Counted from the first letter of the stretch, positions 23,667 through 34,353 are shown. The stretch is DNA of 64,000 nucleotides from a virus (IMGVR_UViG_3300031836_000002:60210-124209), one strand, 5' to 3'. Notes: generated by a model not told the origin, from the sequence alone. Numbers and translations: made by a program.

Positions 23667-24917
23667 CTAGATCTTGACCCGGCCTCCGGCAGTCTTGGCT
23701 CCTACCTGCTCGATGTCGTCATCCTCTTCATCTTCGTCCTCTTCATCGACAGGCTCACCCTGAGGGGCCACCTTCGACAGGATCTCGATGTTTTCGAAAA
23801 CGACCTTCTTAGCCAGCTCGATGATCTTCTCTCGCCACACAGGGTCGGCGTCGGCTGCCTTGAATAGGCGCTTCTCGCCATTGACTGCCGGAGGCTTCGT
23901 GCCCTCCTTGAGGTGAGGCATCCACGAAGGAATCAGGTCGAACTCGACAAGATTGTGGAACTTGAAGTAGGGGGATGCGTAGATGATCTTCTTGTTGGCG
24001 ATCAGTACCTGCAAGGCGGTCCAGAAGTTGTCGAAACCCTTGCCGTACCGGACTCGGACCACTGCCTGTCGGAATGGGGGTGCCACCTTGTTCTTGATGA
24101 CCTTGACCATGACGTTGGTGGACACGTTGCGTTCCACCAGTTCGTTGGACAGAGGATCAATCACAGTGCCTTTCTGGCTCTGCATTTGGTTGTACTGTAC
24201 CCGAACACTGGCGAAGTACTTCATGGCGATTCCACCGGGAGTGGTGGTCGGCTTAGGCATGCCGGGGCGTGGGCTGCCTCCCATGTCGAACTTGTCAATG
24301 AGGTGGTTCAGGAAGATGGCTGAGGCGTTGTTGTTGGCCAGCACGCCATTGAGGGTTACTCCAAACTCCTTCATGAGCTTGGCCTGTACCGCGGGCAGAG
24401 ACTTTCCGATGTCAGCTTCCTGCTTGACGCTGGGGTTCATTCCCGCCACCGCGTCGAAGATTACCAATCGGCAACGGCCCGTCTTCAGTAGGTCGAGGGT
24501 GAAGTTGGCTCCATCCTCCAGAGTGTCCGGCTGGGCAAACAAGAAACTGGGGTGATTGACATCGAGACCGAGAGCCTTGGCGTAATCCTTGTCCATGGCG
24601 TGCTCGTAGTCGAGGTAGAGGATCACATCCTTGGCGCTCACACCAAGCTTCTTGTCACCACCGGCAATGATGACCTTCTGAAGATTCACGGCTGTCTGGA
24701 TGGCTGTTGTGGTCTTGCCACAGGATGGGGGTCCAAAAAGCTCTACCGAGCGGCCATAGGGGACCCCTCCGCCCATGGCGTAGTCGATGGCGATGTTCCC
24801 TGTCGTCATGAACTGAATGCCCTCTACGACATTGTTCATGGATCCCACCGTGAGGTCATACTTTTTGGCGGCGGATGCGAGAAGGGCTTGGACTGGATCT
24901 ACGGCTGCGCGAGCCAT
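23667..24917 (-). CDS. recA: RecA recombinase
   Basis: GGGVPYGR.VELFGPPSCGKTT, YLDYEHA, TTPGG.AMKYFASVR, KNKVAPPFR. Confidence 0.95.
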   Translation of the reverse strand: MARAAVDPVQALLASAAKKYDLTVGSMNNVVEGIQFMTTGNIAIDYAMGGGVPYGRSVELFGPPSCGKTTTAIQTAVNLQKVIIAGGDKKLGVSAKDVILYLDYEHAMDKDYAKALGLDVNHPSFLFAQPDTLEDGANFTLDLLKTGRCRLVIFDAVAGMNPSVKQEADIGKSLPAVQAKLMKEFGVTLNGVLANNNASAIFLNHLIDKFDMGGSPRPGMPKPTTTPGGIAMKYFASVRVQYNQMQSQKGTVIDPLSNELVERNVSTNVMVKVIKNKVAPPFRQAVVRVRYGKGFDNFWTALQVLIANKKIIYASPYFKFHNLVEFDLIPSWMPHLKEGTKPPAVNGEKRLFKAADADPVWREKIIELAKKVVFENIEILSKVAPQGEPVDEEDEDEEDDDIEQVGAKTAGGRVKI

Positions 24918-24925
24918 GGTGTCTC

Positions 24926-25522
24926 CTAGATATGTGCAGGCTGGACGCCTGAAGGCAAAGCTCGAAATTCTTCTTCTGTCATGCTGGTCACGAAGTGGTT
25001 CATGAGGAACGCACTCACGTAGTCCGTCTTTGACTTCTCAAGAGGATTCGTGTGCTTTTTCAAAATACGGGTGCCCTCCGGCTGAGAGTCAATGAACTCT
25101 TGAACCAGATCCGGTGGGGTGTAGCCAAAGGATAGTGCGTACTCCGCGGCCTTAGCGATCCGAAACTTGTCGCCCGCTGTCTTGGTATAGCCCTTAGGCG
25201 CACGCTGTACGCCGGGGTAAGGCCGCATCCACGTCGAGGGGTCCAACATCAGGACCTTATCGAGAACGGGGTGGAGAACGGCCAGCAAGACTCCTTGGAA
25301 CTTGAAGACTGGCTTGACCATCACCTGTGTGTATCGAGGGTTGAAAGGAACTTCTTCAATGACCACCAGCTCGACATCGGGATCTCTCGCGATTCTTCCC
25401 ACCTTGGCGGCGAACGCGAAGTGACTCATCCCTCTGGAGTCGAACTGAAGGTGGACCTTACCTGCTCGGTCCCGCAGGATCGCTGCTGAGAACTTGGCGG
25501 CAAGATCCACCGTCAGAATCAT
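24926..25522 (-). CDS. RuvC-like Holliday junction resolvase
   Basis: ILTVDL, VVIEE, PSTW pattern; adjacent to recA. Confidence 0.7.
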   Translation of the reverse strand: MILTVDLAAKFSAAILRDRAGKVHLQFDSRGMSHFAFAAKVGRIARDPDVELVVIEEVPFNPRYTQVMVKPVFKFQGVLLAVLHPVLDKVLMLDPSTWMRPYPGVQRAPKGYTKTAGDKFRIAKAAEYALSFGYTPPDLVQEFIDSQPEGTRILKKHTNPLEKSKTDYVSAFLMNHFVTSMTEEEFRALPSGVQPAHI

Positions 25523-25525
25523 TTG

Positions 25526-26656
25526 TTAGTCCAGACCGTTCAGGAGGTCATCGAAGCTTCCGTCTGAATCGTCTGAGGCCTCTTCTTTGGCCGGAGCTTC
25601 CTTGGCCGGAGCCTTCTTAGCGGGAGCCTTCTTGGCCGGTGCCTTGGCTGCCTCTGGAACGTCGATGTCTTCTGATTCCTCATCAGTGTCGCCATCTTCT
25701 CCGAGAAGGTCTGCGAGAGGATCTGAATCTTCAGTGTCGCTTGAGCCAGCCTTCGGAGCCGACTTGGACCATCCATCTTCGTCAGTGTTGCTGTCGCCAC
25801 CTAGAAGATCTGAGAGGTCGCCGGAGGTCTTCTCGGAGGTCTTGGCTTCTGAGCTTCCATTGAGGATGTCGTCAATGCCTTCATCCAAGGTTCCTACCGT
25901 GCTGTCTCCAGCCTTCTCAGACTCGTTGATGATGTCCCATGCTTCGTTGATCTTGGACAGGTCATCTTCGATCCAGCGGAGTTCCTTCTTGGCTCCACAG
26001 GCAATGGATAGGTCCTCGATCTGGTTCTCCTTGAAGGTCTGAGCCGTGAGGAGCTGGCGGGCCTTGTCAACTGTCCACTCGGCCTTGGCTGAGATTGAGA
26101 TCTCGAACTTCTGGAACGTATCGTTGGTGCAGGGACCCAGCGTGAGGTCGTGCTTCTTGAGGTCGCCCCACTCTTCCTTGAAGTCGATGAGCTTCGAGAA
26201 GATGGTGTCGGTGAAGGACCACACGACGGTCTCTACTGAGAATGGTGTGACCAGCTGGTGTCCACCGGGCTTGGTGCGGTAGCGGATGACGTGCATGGCG
26301 AAACGACGCTGAGGGGCCTGAGCCTTATCAGGGTTGTTCTTGGCCATGGCACACATCGGGCAGTTCTTGGTGTCAATGGCTTTGTCTTCGAGGATCGACT
26401 CGTCACCGATGCAGAGAGGACGCGACAAGAAGTCTGTGCGGTAATCCTCGTACTGGGTCTTGTCCTTGCGCTCGGCCATGAACGTGACGGGCTTGCCGTC
26501 CTTGATCTGAGGAGCCTTGAGAGTGTGGACGTATTCCATGTGGGGATCTTCGAGGAGAACGATACGGGCGTGCTCACCGTTGGTCAGTCGCAACTTCGGG
26601 TAGTTGAAGTTGGAGGAGACCTTTTTGTTCTCTACGGAGAAGGATACTCTTGCCAT
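25526..26656 (-). CDS. single-stranded DNA-binding protein (gp32-like)
   Basis: C..CPMC zinc site, acidic tail ending FDDLLNGLD, AKKAP repeats. Confidence 0.7.
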   Translation of the reverse strand: MARVSFSVENKKVSSNFNYPKLRLTNGEHARIVLLEDPHMEYVHTLKAPQIKDGKPVTFMAERKDKTQYEDYRTDFLSRPLCIGDESILEDKAIDTKNCPMCAMAKNNPDKAQAPQRRFAMHVIRYRTKPGGHQLVTPFSVETVVWSFTDTIFSKLIDFKEEWGDLKKHDLTLGPCTNDTFQKFEISISAKAEWTVDKARQLLTAQTFKENQIEDLSIACGAKKELRWIEDDLSKINEAWDIINESEKAGDSTVGTLDEGIDDILNGSSEAKTSEKTSGDLSDLLGGDSNTDEDGWSKSAPKAGSSDTEDSDPLADLLGEDGDTDEESEDIDVPEAAKAPAKKAPAKKAPAKEAPAKEEASDDSDGSFDDLLNGLD

Positions 26657-26768
26657 GATTTTGTGCTTCTTTCGTTTCTTATTACAGGCTTCACTGGGAG
26701 GCGGGACTCGACTCGCAATTGGTTACGCGGAGTAGCATACGACATCTCCGCGCTTTTGTCTCCTTGAA

Positions 26769-27305
26769 TTATCTCTCCAAGGAACTCTCAAATTGGATGT
26801 TGTGAATGGCTGCCCGGAGATCCTTTCGGATACTCTCTAGCTGCCAATGGATCTGATTGATTACCTCGTAGGCTTCGGTCGCAATGGAGACCGTCCTCTC
26901 GGCATGATGAGCTACTCTCTTCTGTTCCAGAGAGTCCAGAGCGGCATCAGCGTGGCGCTCGCGAGCTGTTGAGAACTCCACCCTCCTGTTCGCCGCGTTG
27001 GTCTTTGTGGCGGTGTCGTAGGCCACTGAGGCCTCGAACTCCGCGGCCTGTTGAGCGCGTCGCGTGCGCGCCTTGGCTTGGGTGACGTTGGCCAGCAACA
27101 TGTCCACTCGGTCTGAGCGGGAACGTACCCGCACCAGAAGGGCGCTGATGGCGTTTCCTCCTCTGGAGTAGTCGATGTTACCCAGAGGTCCTTCGGGATC
27201 CTCTCCAGCCCCATGACGCAGTTCCAGTGCCTCTCGGACCCAGTTCTGGATTGCTGCCTCGATCCCCGTGAACTCGATGTCGTATTGACCTAGCTCAGCG
27301 ATCAT
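26769..27305 (-). CDS. helical protein, possible recombination mediator
   Basis: Coiled-coil; lies between polA and ssb. Confidence 0.5.
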   Translation of the reverse strand: MIAELGQYDIEFTGIEAAIQNWVREALELRHGAGEDPEGPLGNIDYSRGGNAISALLVRVRSRSDRVDMLLANVTQAKARTRRAQQAAEFEASVAYDTATKTNAANRRVEFSTARERHADAALDSLEQKRVAHHAERTVSIATEAYEVINQIHWQLESIRKDLRAAIHNIQFESSLER

Positions 27306-29863
27306 AGTGAGATCCCCACAGTCAGTTCGTCGGCATTCACGTTCTCAGGAGCCACCGTCAGAGAAGCTCCTCCAAGGATGAGACTGATCTGGGGCTGGTG
27401 GTCAGCGGAGAGCGCATGCTTTGTATCTAGCTCTAGGTCTCCTTCAGGGGTGGCCACCGTCACGGAGTCGTGGCCGGGGTTCTTCTTAAGGAATGCTTCG
27501 AACTTGGTCCACTGGTGCTCGTCAGGCATTTCCGACATCGTGATGACGATCCGCTGAGTCTCCATGGCCATGGCCAGATACTCCGGGTTGTGCGCCCACA
27601 CGGGTTCGTCGTCATCCTCGATCTCCTGCTCTGGTTCCAAATTCTTCTTTGGGGCGTCATCGAGCTTGGGTTCGGGCATGGCTGGAATGGAGGCAGGGAA
27701 GCTGGGTAGCTCCTCGCCTTTGGAGTCAGCCATGTGCTTGTAAGCATCCACGATGTCATCGAAGATCTCGTCAACATCTTCGATGGAGTAGTTCAGGATC
27801 TGCTTGGTTTCCTTGTCTAGGTTCAGCTCAACTACGGATCCCCACTTCATGCCCTCGTGCCAGTCGGCCCGGATGTATGGCAGTCCCTTGACCGCGAAAG
27901 TAACGGCAGGGTTCACGATGTCGATGACCGTCTGCGTGGCCACAGACTCATGCACGTAGAACTCCAGTGCGTCGTGCACGGACATGACCAAGCGAATCCC
28001 TCCTACAGGGATCGTTCCATCTGCCTCGGCGCGTTTGATGGCCTTGTTGGTGCGGATCATGCCGATCTTGAGGTAGTCCGCTGCCCCACCCTGAACAGGC
28101 GCGTTGACACACATACGGTCACCCTTGGCGCGGATCCAGTCACGAGAGTCTCGGTATTCCCAGAGCGTGAACTTGCGCTTGAATAGTGTCTCCACGTAGC
28201 CCTGCTGTCGGCCTTCAGATACGCGCTCATCCATCCAGCGCTTGAGTCCGGGGAAGGCTGCGAAGTACTTCTCCAAAAGCTCCTGAGCATCTTCTGTGGT
28301 GACAGGGTTCTCTGGGCTGGTCAGCATCTCGGCAATGTTCTTTGCGCCAGATCCGTAGACCACCGCGAAGTTGAGAGTTTTTCCATTGCTTCGTTGCGCC
28401 TTGGTGACCTCATCGAGAGGGATGTTCATCATGGATGAAGCTGTCGCCTTGTGGATGTCCACGTCGTCGGCAAACGCCCTGAGTAGAGCTGCTTCCTGAG
28501 CCACCCCAGCCAGAACTCGTAGCTCCACTTGGGAGAAGTCGAAGCCCACGATTCGGTAGCCCTCAGGGGCACACAGAAGGTCTCGGAAGTTCAGGTCATA
28601 CGTGCGGCCACTCGCCAGTTCGTAGTGGTATGGCTTCGGCCATTGCTGGTAGGGTACGTGATCCACAGACATGCGGCCCGTGAGCGCGCCTGCTTGGTTG
28701 TGGTTCGGGTAGGCTCGCCCATTCCCGGCGTAGTTGAGAGAGGTGTGGTACTTCTTCAGGTAGGAGCCATGGAGCTTGGAGATCTCCTTCCACTCCAAAA
28801 TCTTCTTGATGACTGGATCCTTCTTGGCCAGTCCTCGGAGAGCCTCTTCGTCCGTGCTCGGCTGGTTAGTCTCCGTGCGCTTGGAGATGGGCAGTCCCAG
28901 CCCTTCCTGAGGGTCGTAGAGAACCTTTTGGAGCTGTGCCGGTGAGGCTAGGTTGGTCGTGACGATTCGATCTAACCGAACACTTAGCTCGGACAGGATC
29001 TCTTCGTTGGCGAAGTCCCGGAACTCCAGTACCTCGGTGGCCTTCTTCTCGATGGTCGCCCAGTCGAGGTACAGCCCCTCAATCTCCATGTCAATGAGCA
29101 CGGGAAGTAGCTCCATCTCAACGTTGAAGATGAACTGGTCCTTCATTTCCGGGTAGTGCTTCTCGTCCAGTGCGAGACACCAGACGGCATCCTCACAGGC
29201 ATAGTTGATGACTCGTGGATCTGTGGAGTCGAGTAGATGGAAGCGCTTGTCCTTCGGCGGCTTCTTTCCCATCTCGGCGTACAGAGTCGCGAATAGCTCA
29301 GAGAATGTCATCATGGTGTGATCAAAGGCCAGCTTCGTCACGCCCTTGAGGTCCTTGGTCGAGAGACCGGCACGGACAGGCTCGTACTCCGCGGCCAGCC
29401 ATACTTCCAACATCGAGTCGGCGCGGCCTTGGAAGAGTCCGTGAGCTGCACGCACTTCCTCCCCCAGCTCAAAGTCGTCCCAGAGAATGTCGATGAAGAA
29501 ACGGCGGCATCCCTTTACCTCGAAGGAGAGATTGTGTGCCACGATCAAGGGCTTGCCTTCGGCATCCCTTGCCGTCAGTAGCCTCCAGAGAGATCTAGCG
29601 GTCGCAGTCACGTCGTCAACATTGTTGCCCTCAGCGTGGGCAATGGGGACGTAGCGTGCCCAGTCAGTCGAGTTGGTGAAGCTGAATCCTGTGAGGAACC
29701 AGTCCGGGTGGAACTGCTGAAGTGCACCCTTTTCGATGAAGTGCGGGGAGCTATAGCTCGACTCGATGTCGAAGCCTACAGGCCTTCCCTGCTTAATCAT
29801 CCGGGCGACGAACTTGTCAAAGTTTTCGGCGGAGCGGACTGCCCCGTAGTTGCGCGTGCTCAA
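27302..29863 (-). CDS. polA: DNA polymerase, family A
   Basis: GFDIE exonuclease motif, YACEDA, DFSQVELR, KTLNFAVVYG, VHDAL. Confidence 0.95.
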   Translation of the reverse strand: MSTRNYGAVRSAENFDKFVARMIKQGRPVGFDIESSYSSPHFIEKGALQQFHPDWFLTGFSFTNSTDWARYVPIAHAEGNNVDDVTATARSLWRLLTARDAEGKPLIVAHNLSFEVKGCRRFFIDILWDDFELGEEVRAAHGLFQGRADSMLEVWLAAEYEPVRAGLSTKDLKGVTKLAFDHTMMTFSELFATLYAEMGKKPPKDKRFHLLDSTDPRVINYACEDAVWCLALDEKHYPEMKDQFIFNVEMELLPVLIDMEIEGLYLDWATIEKKATEVLEFRDFANEEILSELSVRLDRIVTTNLASPAQLQKVLYDPQEGLGLPISKRTETNQPSTDEEALRGLAKKDPVIKKILEWKEISKLHGSYLKKYHTSLNYAGNGRAYPNHNQAGALTGRMSVDHVPYQQWPKPYHYELASGRTYDLNFRDLLCAPEGYRIVGFDFSQVELRVLAGVAQEAALLRAFADDVDIHKATASSMMNIPLDEVTKAQRSNGKTLNFAVVYGSGAKNIAEMLTSPENPVTTEDAQELLEKYFAAFPGLKRWMDERVSEGRQQGYVETLFKRKFTLWEYRDSRDWIRAKGDRMCVNAPVQGGAADYLKIGMIRTNKAIKRAEADGTIPVGGIRLVMSVHDALEFYVHESVATQTVIDIVNPAVTFAVKGLPYIRADWHEGMKWGSVVELNLDKETKQILNYSIEDVDEIFDDIVDAYKHMADSKGEELPSFPASIPAMPEPKLDDAPKKNLEPEQEIEDDDEPVWAHNPEYLAMAMETQRIVITMSEMPDEHQWTKFEAFLKKNPGHDSVTVATPEGDLELDTKHALSADHQPQISLILGGASLTVAPENVNADELTVGISL

Positions 29864-30294
29864 GCTGAATCCTTTAGAAATATGGCTTTGTGGACCGGGT
29901 GAACTTTGGTGACCCGCTGGAGTGATTTTTTGGAAACGAGAGTGTAGAACCTTGTGGCTTTGGTGACGGCCCCACTTGCCCGTCTGCGGAGGAACTCCCT
30001 GCTAAGGGAGACTATGCACTGGCTGCGATCCAGAACGAACCTCCCCAGCGAGATCTCTTCGATGGTGGTCACCGTCAGGACAGGGATGTCCCTCGTCCAC
30101 GAGAGGTCTGAAGACTCATTCTCGATCACAACAAGGTTTTCCAAGGAGGGGTCTGAGACCAGCATTTCGTCAGCGAGTTGATGGACCAAATCCTTCATGA
30201 CCTCGCGGGCTGCGGGTTCATCACCCTCCTCGAACACTAGAACCTGCCGGGACTCGTCCAACATCTCCTTGGCTACATCCCCCGGAGCCTTCAA
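29860..30294 (-). CDS. hypothetical protein
   Basis: TTGA-coupled ORF. Confidence 0.55.
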   Translation of the reverse strand: MKAPGDVAKEMLDESRQVLVFEEGDEPAAREVMKDLVHQLADEMLVSDPSLENLVVIENESSDLSWTRDIPVLTVTTIEEISLGRFVLDRSQCIVSLSREFLRRRASGAVTKATRFYTLVSKKSLQRVTKVHPVHKAIFLKDSA

Positions 30295-30434
30295 CGGTTT
30301 TCCAGCAAGATCCGCTTCAACGGAGTTAGTGCTGCCCTCACGAGTAGGAGAACAGAAGCGCACACAGGGATGGTCAAAATAACTATCGCTATGAGTGCCT
30401 GAGCTATGAGGGTGAAGAAGACTATCCAGTCCAT
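30291..30434 (-). CDS. small membrane protein
   Basis: Hydrophobic 47 aa ORF with AAGG RBS. Confidence 0.5.
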   Translation of the reverse strand: MDWIVFFTLIAQALIAIVILTIPVCASVLLLVRAALTPLKRILLENR

Positions 30435-30465
30435 GATTACCTTTCGTCTTTCTCTTATACGCCGA

Positions 30466-31461
30466 TCACCAGAAAACGACAATCGCTTCCATGACTCCAA
30501 CCGAAGCTCCTCCTCGGATGGTCTCGTCGGCGGTAGAAAGGACGGTACGGATCTGGAGTCTACGCTTAGGGTCGTAGTGCTTGGCCACAGGAAGAAGCTC
30601 CTTGACCAAGAAATTCTTGTTTCCGGCAGCTCGTGCAATCTCACTCGGTGTCTTGTACTCAGTCTGCATATCGTGGACAAGTCCGGCTAGATCCAAGCGA
30701 GCATCCAGCAATCCAATCATGCGTCCGTACTCGGACACAGGAAGCTTCTCCAGTGCCAGTAGAGCGGTCGGCTTGTCGAGTGCTAGCAAAGCGTCAGAGA
30801 AGCTATCACGGGGCTGCTCAGCTAGCATCCCGTTGATGGTGGTCAGAGTAATCTCCGCGGGGAAGAGGGCCAGCTTGACGCAGAGGTCGCGAACCATTCG
30901 GAGATCCCCGTTGGCTCTTTCCAGAAGATGGCCAGCTATCCCTTCCCGCATCTTCACCTTGGACTGGACCCATGCAACCGCGTGATGTGCCGTCGATGAC
31001 GTATAGGGCCTGCATTCAATGATGTGGCCCTTTCCTGTGATGGTGGCAATGTGGGGCTGGGTGGCTCCCTTGAGATTCTTCCGGCGCTCGTCCTCGGTCG
31101 GTGGGATCCGTGGGACCTTCTCCTCGTTGGAGACGAAGATGACATGCGTCTTGGGGTTCTCAGACCGGGCTTTGACCCACGATATGAGGTGACTCCAGTC
31201 CTTGAGGTTCTCAGCATTCCGAATGACCGCCAAGCGGTTCCCGCCACCGACAGGGTGCTGGTTCAGCTCGGTCCAGATCAGGCGCTCGGAGTCGGATCCT
31301 GCGGCCAGAGAGATGTAGCTCCATGGGTCTAGGTCGAGAGCTGCTCGGACTTCCGAGATGACCTCCTCCATGAGCACCCTCTCGGTGCCACACAGCCAAG
31401 TGATCTGTCGAACTCCTCGACCCTTTGCGAGTGCTGCACGCCACATGCTGAATGTGCTCAT
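30466..31461 (-). CDS. DNA polymerase III delta (HolA)-like clamp-loader subunit
   Basis: WLCGTE..L, RLAVIRNAE, LLERANGDL...KL pattern. Confidence 0.7.
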   Translation of the reverse strand: MSTFSMWRAALAKGRGVRQITWLCGTERVLMEEVISEVRAALDLDPWSYISLAAGSDSERLIWTELNQHPVGGGNRLAVIRNAENLKDWSHLISWVKARSENPKTHVIFVSNEEKVPRIPPTEDERRKNLKGATQPHIATITGKGHIIECRPYTSSTAHHAVAWVQSKVKMREGIAGHLLERANGDLRMVRDLCVKLALFPAEITLTTINGMLAEQPRDSFSDALLALDKPTALLALEKLPVSEYGRMIGLLDARLDLAGLVHDMQTEYKTPSEIARAAGNKNFLVKELLPVAKHYDPKRRLQIRTVLSTADETIRGGASVGVMEAIVVFW

Positions 31462-31763
31462 GCGTGAGGCAAAGACTTGACGCAAGCGGAGCATGCCACC
31501 CCGGATACTGGAAGCATAGGGTTGTCGGCGCGCTGAACCCCAGAGACTGTGGTTCCCCGGCGAACCACGTGCTCGTAGTCGATGGTGCAGTGTCCGGAGT
31601 ACTGAGCATCGAACTTTCGGCCCACCAGCTCGTAGTCGTGTTCGGTGTCGCCAAATTCTTCTTCGTCGCCCAGCTTGTCACCTAGGCAGTGGGAACAGAA
31701 GGCCATGGGCAGGCCGGAGATTTCACAGTCCTCATCGGCGGGAAGTAGTGGGACCTTGGACAT
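31458..31763 (-). CDS. hypothetical zinc-binding protein
   Basis: Multiple Cys pairs. Confidence 0.55.
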   Translation of the reverse strand: MSKVPLLPADEDCEISGLPMAFCSHCLGDKLGDEEEFGDTEHDYELVGRKFDAQYSGHCTIDYEHVVRRGTTVSGVQRADNPMLPVSGVACSACVKSLPHA

Positions 31764-32563
31764 TATGCTCCTCGAAGAACGCTCATCAGGTTGGATCGAA
31801 CTACCAACCTTGGTCGGATGTTGGGACGCAGGGCCGCCAGAATCTTCAAGGGCAGTGCCTTTCCCGGCAGGTCTGTCTCTGACTCAGAGAATATACTCCA
31901 ACGCTGGGTGATGGACTCCCTACACCATGTGGCCAGTAACTCGGTGTGCTGATCAGTCCAGAGATCTGCCAGTCGGTCGAGAGAGGCAGCGTTGCGTTCA
32001 CGGAAAGCCTTCAGGAGGGACAGGACCAAAGGCTTGATGTCGTTGCCTTCGAAGGCCTCCAATGCGCGCTGCACGGACCCCTGAGACAGCTCAGAGAACA
32101 CCTTGGCCTCGGTCGAGTTGAACTTCTTGTCGAGAAGAACTGACTCCACCTCAGACGTGGACAATGTAGAGAACTCGAACTGAGAAGCCCGTGAAGATAT
32201 TGTGGTCAGCGGATCCGACTCAGACACCAGAATGATCCGGGCGTACATGAGACGGGACTCCAGAACCTTCAGGAGAGTGTTTAGAGCCTCCGGTCGCGCT
32301 TTGTCAATCTGGACGATGACCAGCTTTAGCTCGCTCTTTTGAGGAGCCAGCTGAGCGAACCAGACTAGGTTGGTCGCACTCTCTGCCGTGAGTGTTCGGA
32401 TCCGAAGAACGTCCGCACTGGACACTCTCCAGAATGTTCGAAGGTGCTCGGCGGTGGCCCACTTCCCTACTGAGGGAGGACCACTGAACAGCAAGACGCT
32501 GGGGACCTCGGACCCCTCGCGCTTCAGCTCATCCAAAATCTTCTTGTGTCCGTAGATGGGCAT
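31763..32563 (-). CDS. DNA polymerase III delta' (HolB)-like clamp-loader subunit
   Basis: IYGH, LLFSGPPSVGK, ALNTLLKVLE, TISSR. Confidence 0.8.
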   Translation of the reverse strand: MPIYGHKKILDELKREGSEVPSVLLFSGPPSVGKWATAEHLRTFWRVSSADVLRIRTLTAESATNLVWFAQLAPQKSELKLVIVQIDKARPEALNTLLKVLESRLMYARIILVSESDPLTTISSRASQFEFSTLSTSEVESVLLDKKFNSTEAKVFSELSQGSVQRALEAFEGNDIKPLVLSLLKAFRERNAASLDRLADLWTDQHTELLATWCRESITQRWSIFSESETDLPGKALPLKILAALRPNIRPRLVVRSNLMSVLRGA

Positions 32564-33222
32564 TACTGATTCCCTACGGCTATGGCCACCTCGCGCCGGA
32601 GGCGAACAAGCCAGTTCTGGATGGTGGTCTTGGACACCTCGAACTTCTCGGACAGCTCGGCCACGTTCACCTTGTCGATGTCCTCGGTCTGGATGAGGAT
32701 GGCTTCGAAGAGCACATCCAGCTTGCAGAGGTCTTGAGAGTTCAGAGGAGGAACGGAGTGCAGGTGGACCCGGATCTGCTGAAGGAAATCCTGAGCTTCC
32801 AGTTCGTAGTGGTCCACCACTCGTGATGTCTCTGCTACCTCGATCCACGTGGTCTCGGAGTTCGATTCGCCCCCAAGGCTGACAGGGGTTTCCGTCGAGA
32901 AACCCTCGCGGTGAATCAGCTTGCCTTGGCGATCCCGGTAGTGGCGGACGTAGATGGCCACGAACCCTGAAAGGAGCGTCCGGAACTTGGCGTGCTTCTG
33001 AGCTTCTTTGCGAACAGAAATGTGATCCGGTGAGTACTGAGAGAGGACATCCTTCTCGAAAAAGGTGGTGAGGATGCTCATGGCCACGTCCTCGGCATTC
33101 TTGGGGTAGATGCCTTGAGTGACTACGAAGCGGACCACGTAGTCGTAGTAGTGGCGAAAGAGATCTTCGTAGGACGTGGGGACGTAATCTTCTTTGAGTC
33201 GTGCGGGGGCTGTTGTCCTCAT
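32563..33222 (-). CDS. ECF-like RNA polymerase sigma factor
   Basis: YEDLFRHYY..V..F....AEDV region 2, FRTLL, C-terminal HTH VAELSEKFEVSKTTIQNWLVRLR. Confidence 0.7.
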   Translation of the reverse strand: MRTTAPARLKEDYVPTSYEDLFRHYYDYVVRFVVTQGIYPKNAEDVAMSILTTFFEKDVLSQYSPDHISVRKEAQKHAKFRTLLSGFVAIYVRHYRDRQGKLIHREGFSTETPVSLGGESNSETTWIEVAETSRVVDHYELEAQDFLQQIRVHLHSVPPLNSQDLCKLDVLFEAILIQTEDIDKVNVAELSEKFEVSKTTIQNWLVRLRREVAIAVGNQ

Positions 33223-33382
33223 GGGGATCTCCTCAGTACTGTGTGACCTAGTTGTTTTGAAAAACAAGAAGCGGTGAACGTTTCCATTCACCGCTTCTTA
33301 CTGTAGGTCAACACAGCTAGTTCAGGAGACATCCAGAACTGGTGTCAACTGTAGCATGCAGCCCACAGAAGCGGAGCCTGTT

Positions 33383-33883
33383 TTACGTTTTTGCTGCTGT
33401 GACCATGGCCGACTTCTTGATGTACCACGTGCAGTGCACCGCAGACTCAGACCCTAGCTGTTTCTGGACCTCGCGCACAACCTCAGGATCATCGTCCCAG
33501 AGAATCATCTCGCTGTAGGTGACTCCTTGAAGTGCTCGCTTGGCCTTAAGTTCCAGCATGTAGTTCGCCTTGAACGTGGCCAGCGGAAGCTTGGTTCCCA
33601 TGGGCTTCATATGAATCCTCAGAGTGGGAAATTCGTGGTACCAAAGCCATGCCCGCGTGGTGCCTCGGAGATCCTCACGACGGCCTGTGAGAAGTTCCAC
33701 GTCGTAGCCCTCGGCAAGTTTCTGAGTGATAAGGTCCCAGCCTTGTGGGAGGACCTTATCTGCCATCATATTCTGCTCGCTGAAGTACTGAATCCAGTTC
33801 TTGTCGAGCGCGTAGTGGATCCGGATTGAATCGTCAGCTAGAACGCCGTCGATGTCTATGAGTGCTAATTTACGGGATTCCAT
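33383..33883 (-). CDS. HAD phosphatase (polynucleotide kinase/phosphatase-type domain)
   Basis: DIDGVL, LTGR, T..WL, K, WDD motifs. Confidence 0.8.
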   Translation of the reverse strand: MESRKLALIDIDGVLADDSIRIHYALDKNWIQYFSEQNMMADKVLPQGWDLITQKLAEGYDVELLTGRREDLRGTTRAWLWYHEFPTLRIHMKPMGTKLPLATFKANYMLELKAKRALQGVTYSEMILWDDDPEVVREVQKQLGSESAVHCTWYIKKSAMVTAAKT

Positions 33884-33966
33884 GGTGTCTCCTCGTTTGT
33901 TGCATTGACCTTGAATTGAGTGCCCCGTTGCGATTGAACGCCACGGCAGACCGTGGGGCTGGTGGT

Positions 33967-34284
33967 TTAGAACCAGTGAGCTACGGGAGCATCCTCGATT
34001 TCTGGCTGCTCCTCACCGTCCTCCTCCGCCTCGGCCATGGCTACTGCCCCGTTCATGGCCTGAATCAGGGGAACCTGAGAGAGGTGAGGAACTGAGTGAC
34101 GTGCCATGGGGAGTCCCGTCGAAGGGCGGAAGACAGCCAAGTGAAGCTGTCCCATGGTGGGGACCACGAGAGAGTGTCCGGGCTGGATACTCTCCGCGGT
34201 TCCAATGACGATGGCAGCTCGCTGCAATCCCCGCTCATTGACGAAGGTAACTGCCTGTCCAAGAGTGCGTGTGTTTTCTGACAT
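33967..34284 (-). CDS. hypothetical protein
   Basis: GGAGACAC RBS; promoter repeat at 34309-34352. Confidence 0.65.
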   Translation of the reverse strand: MSENTRTLGQAVTFVNERGLQRAAIVIGTAESIQPGHSLVVPTMGQLHLAVFRPSTGLPMARHSVPHLSQVPLIQAMNGAVAMAEAEEDGEEQPEIEDAPVAHWF

Positions 34285-34353
34285 AGTGTGTCTCCTTGTT
34301 TTGTGAAATGACCTTATGTCTTCAAGATACACACCTTGGACGGCAATTGCAAC

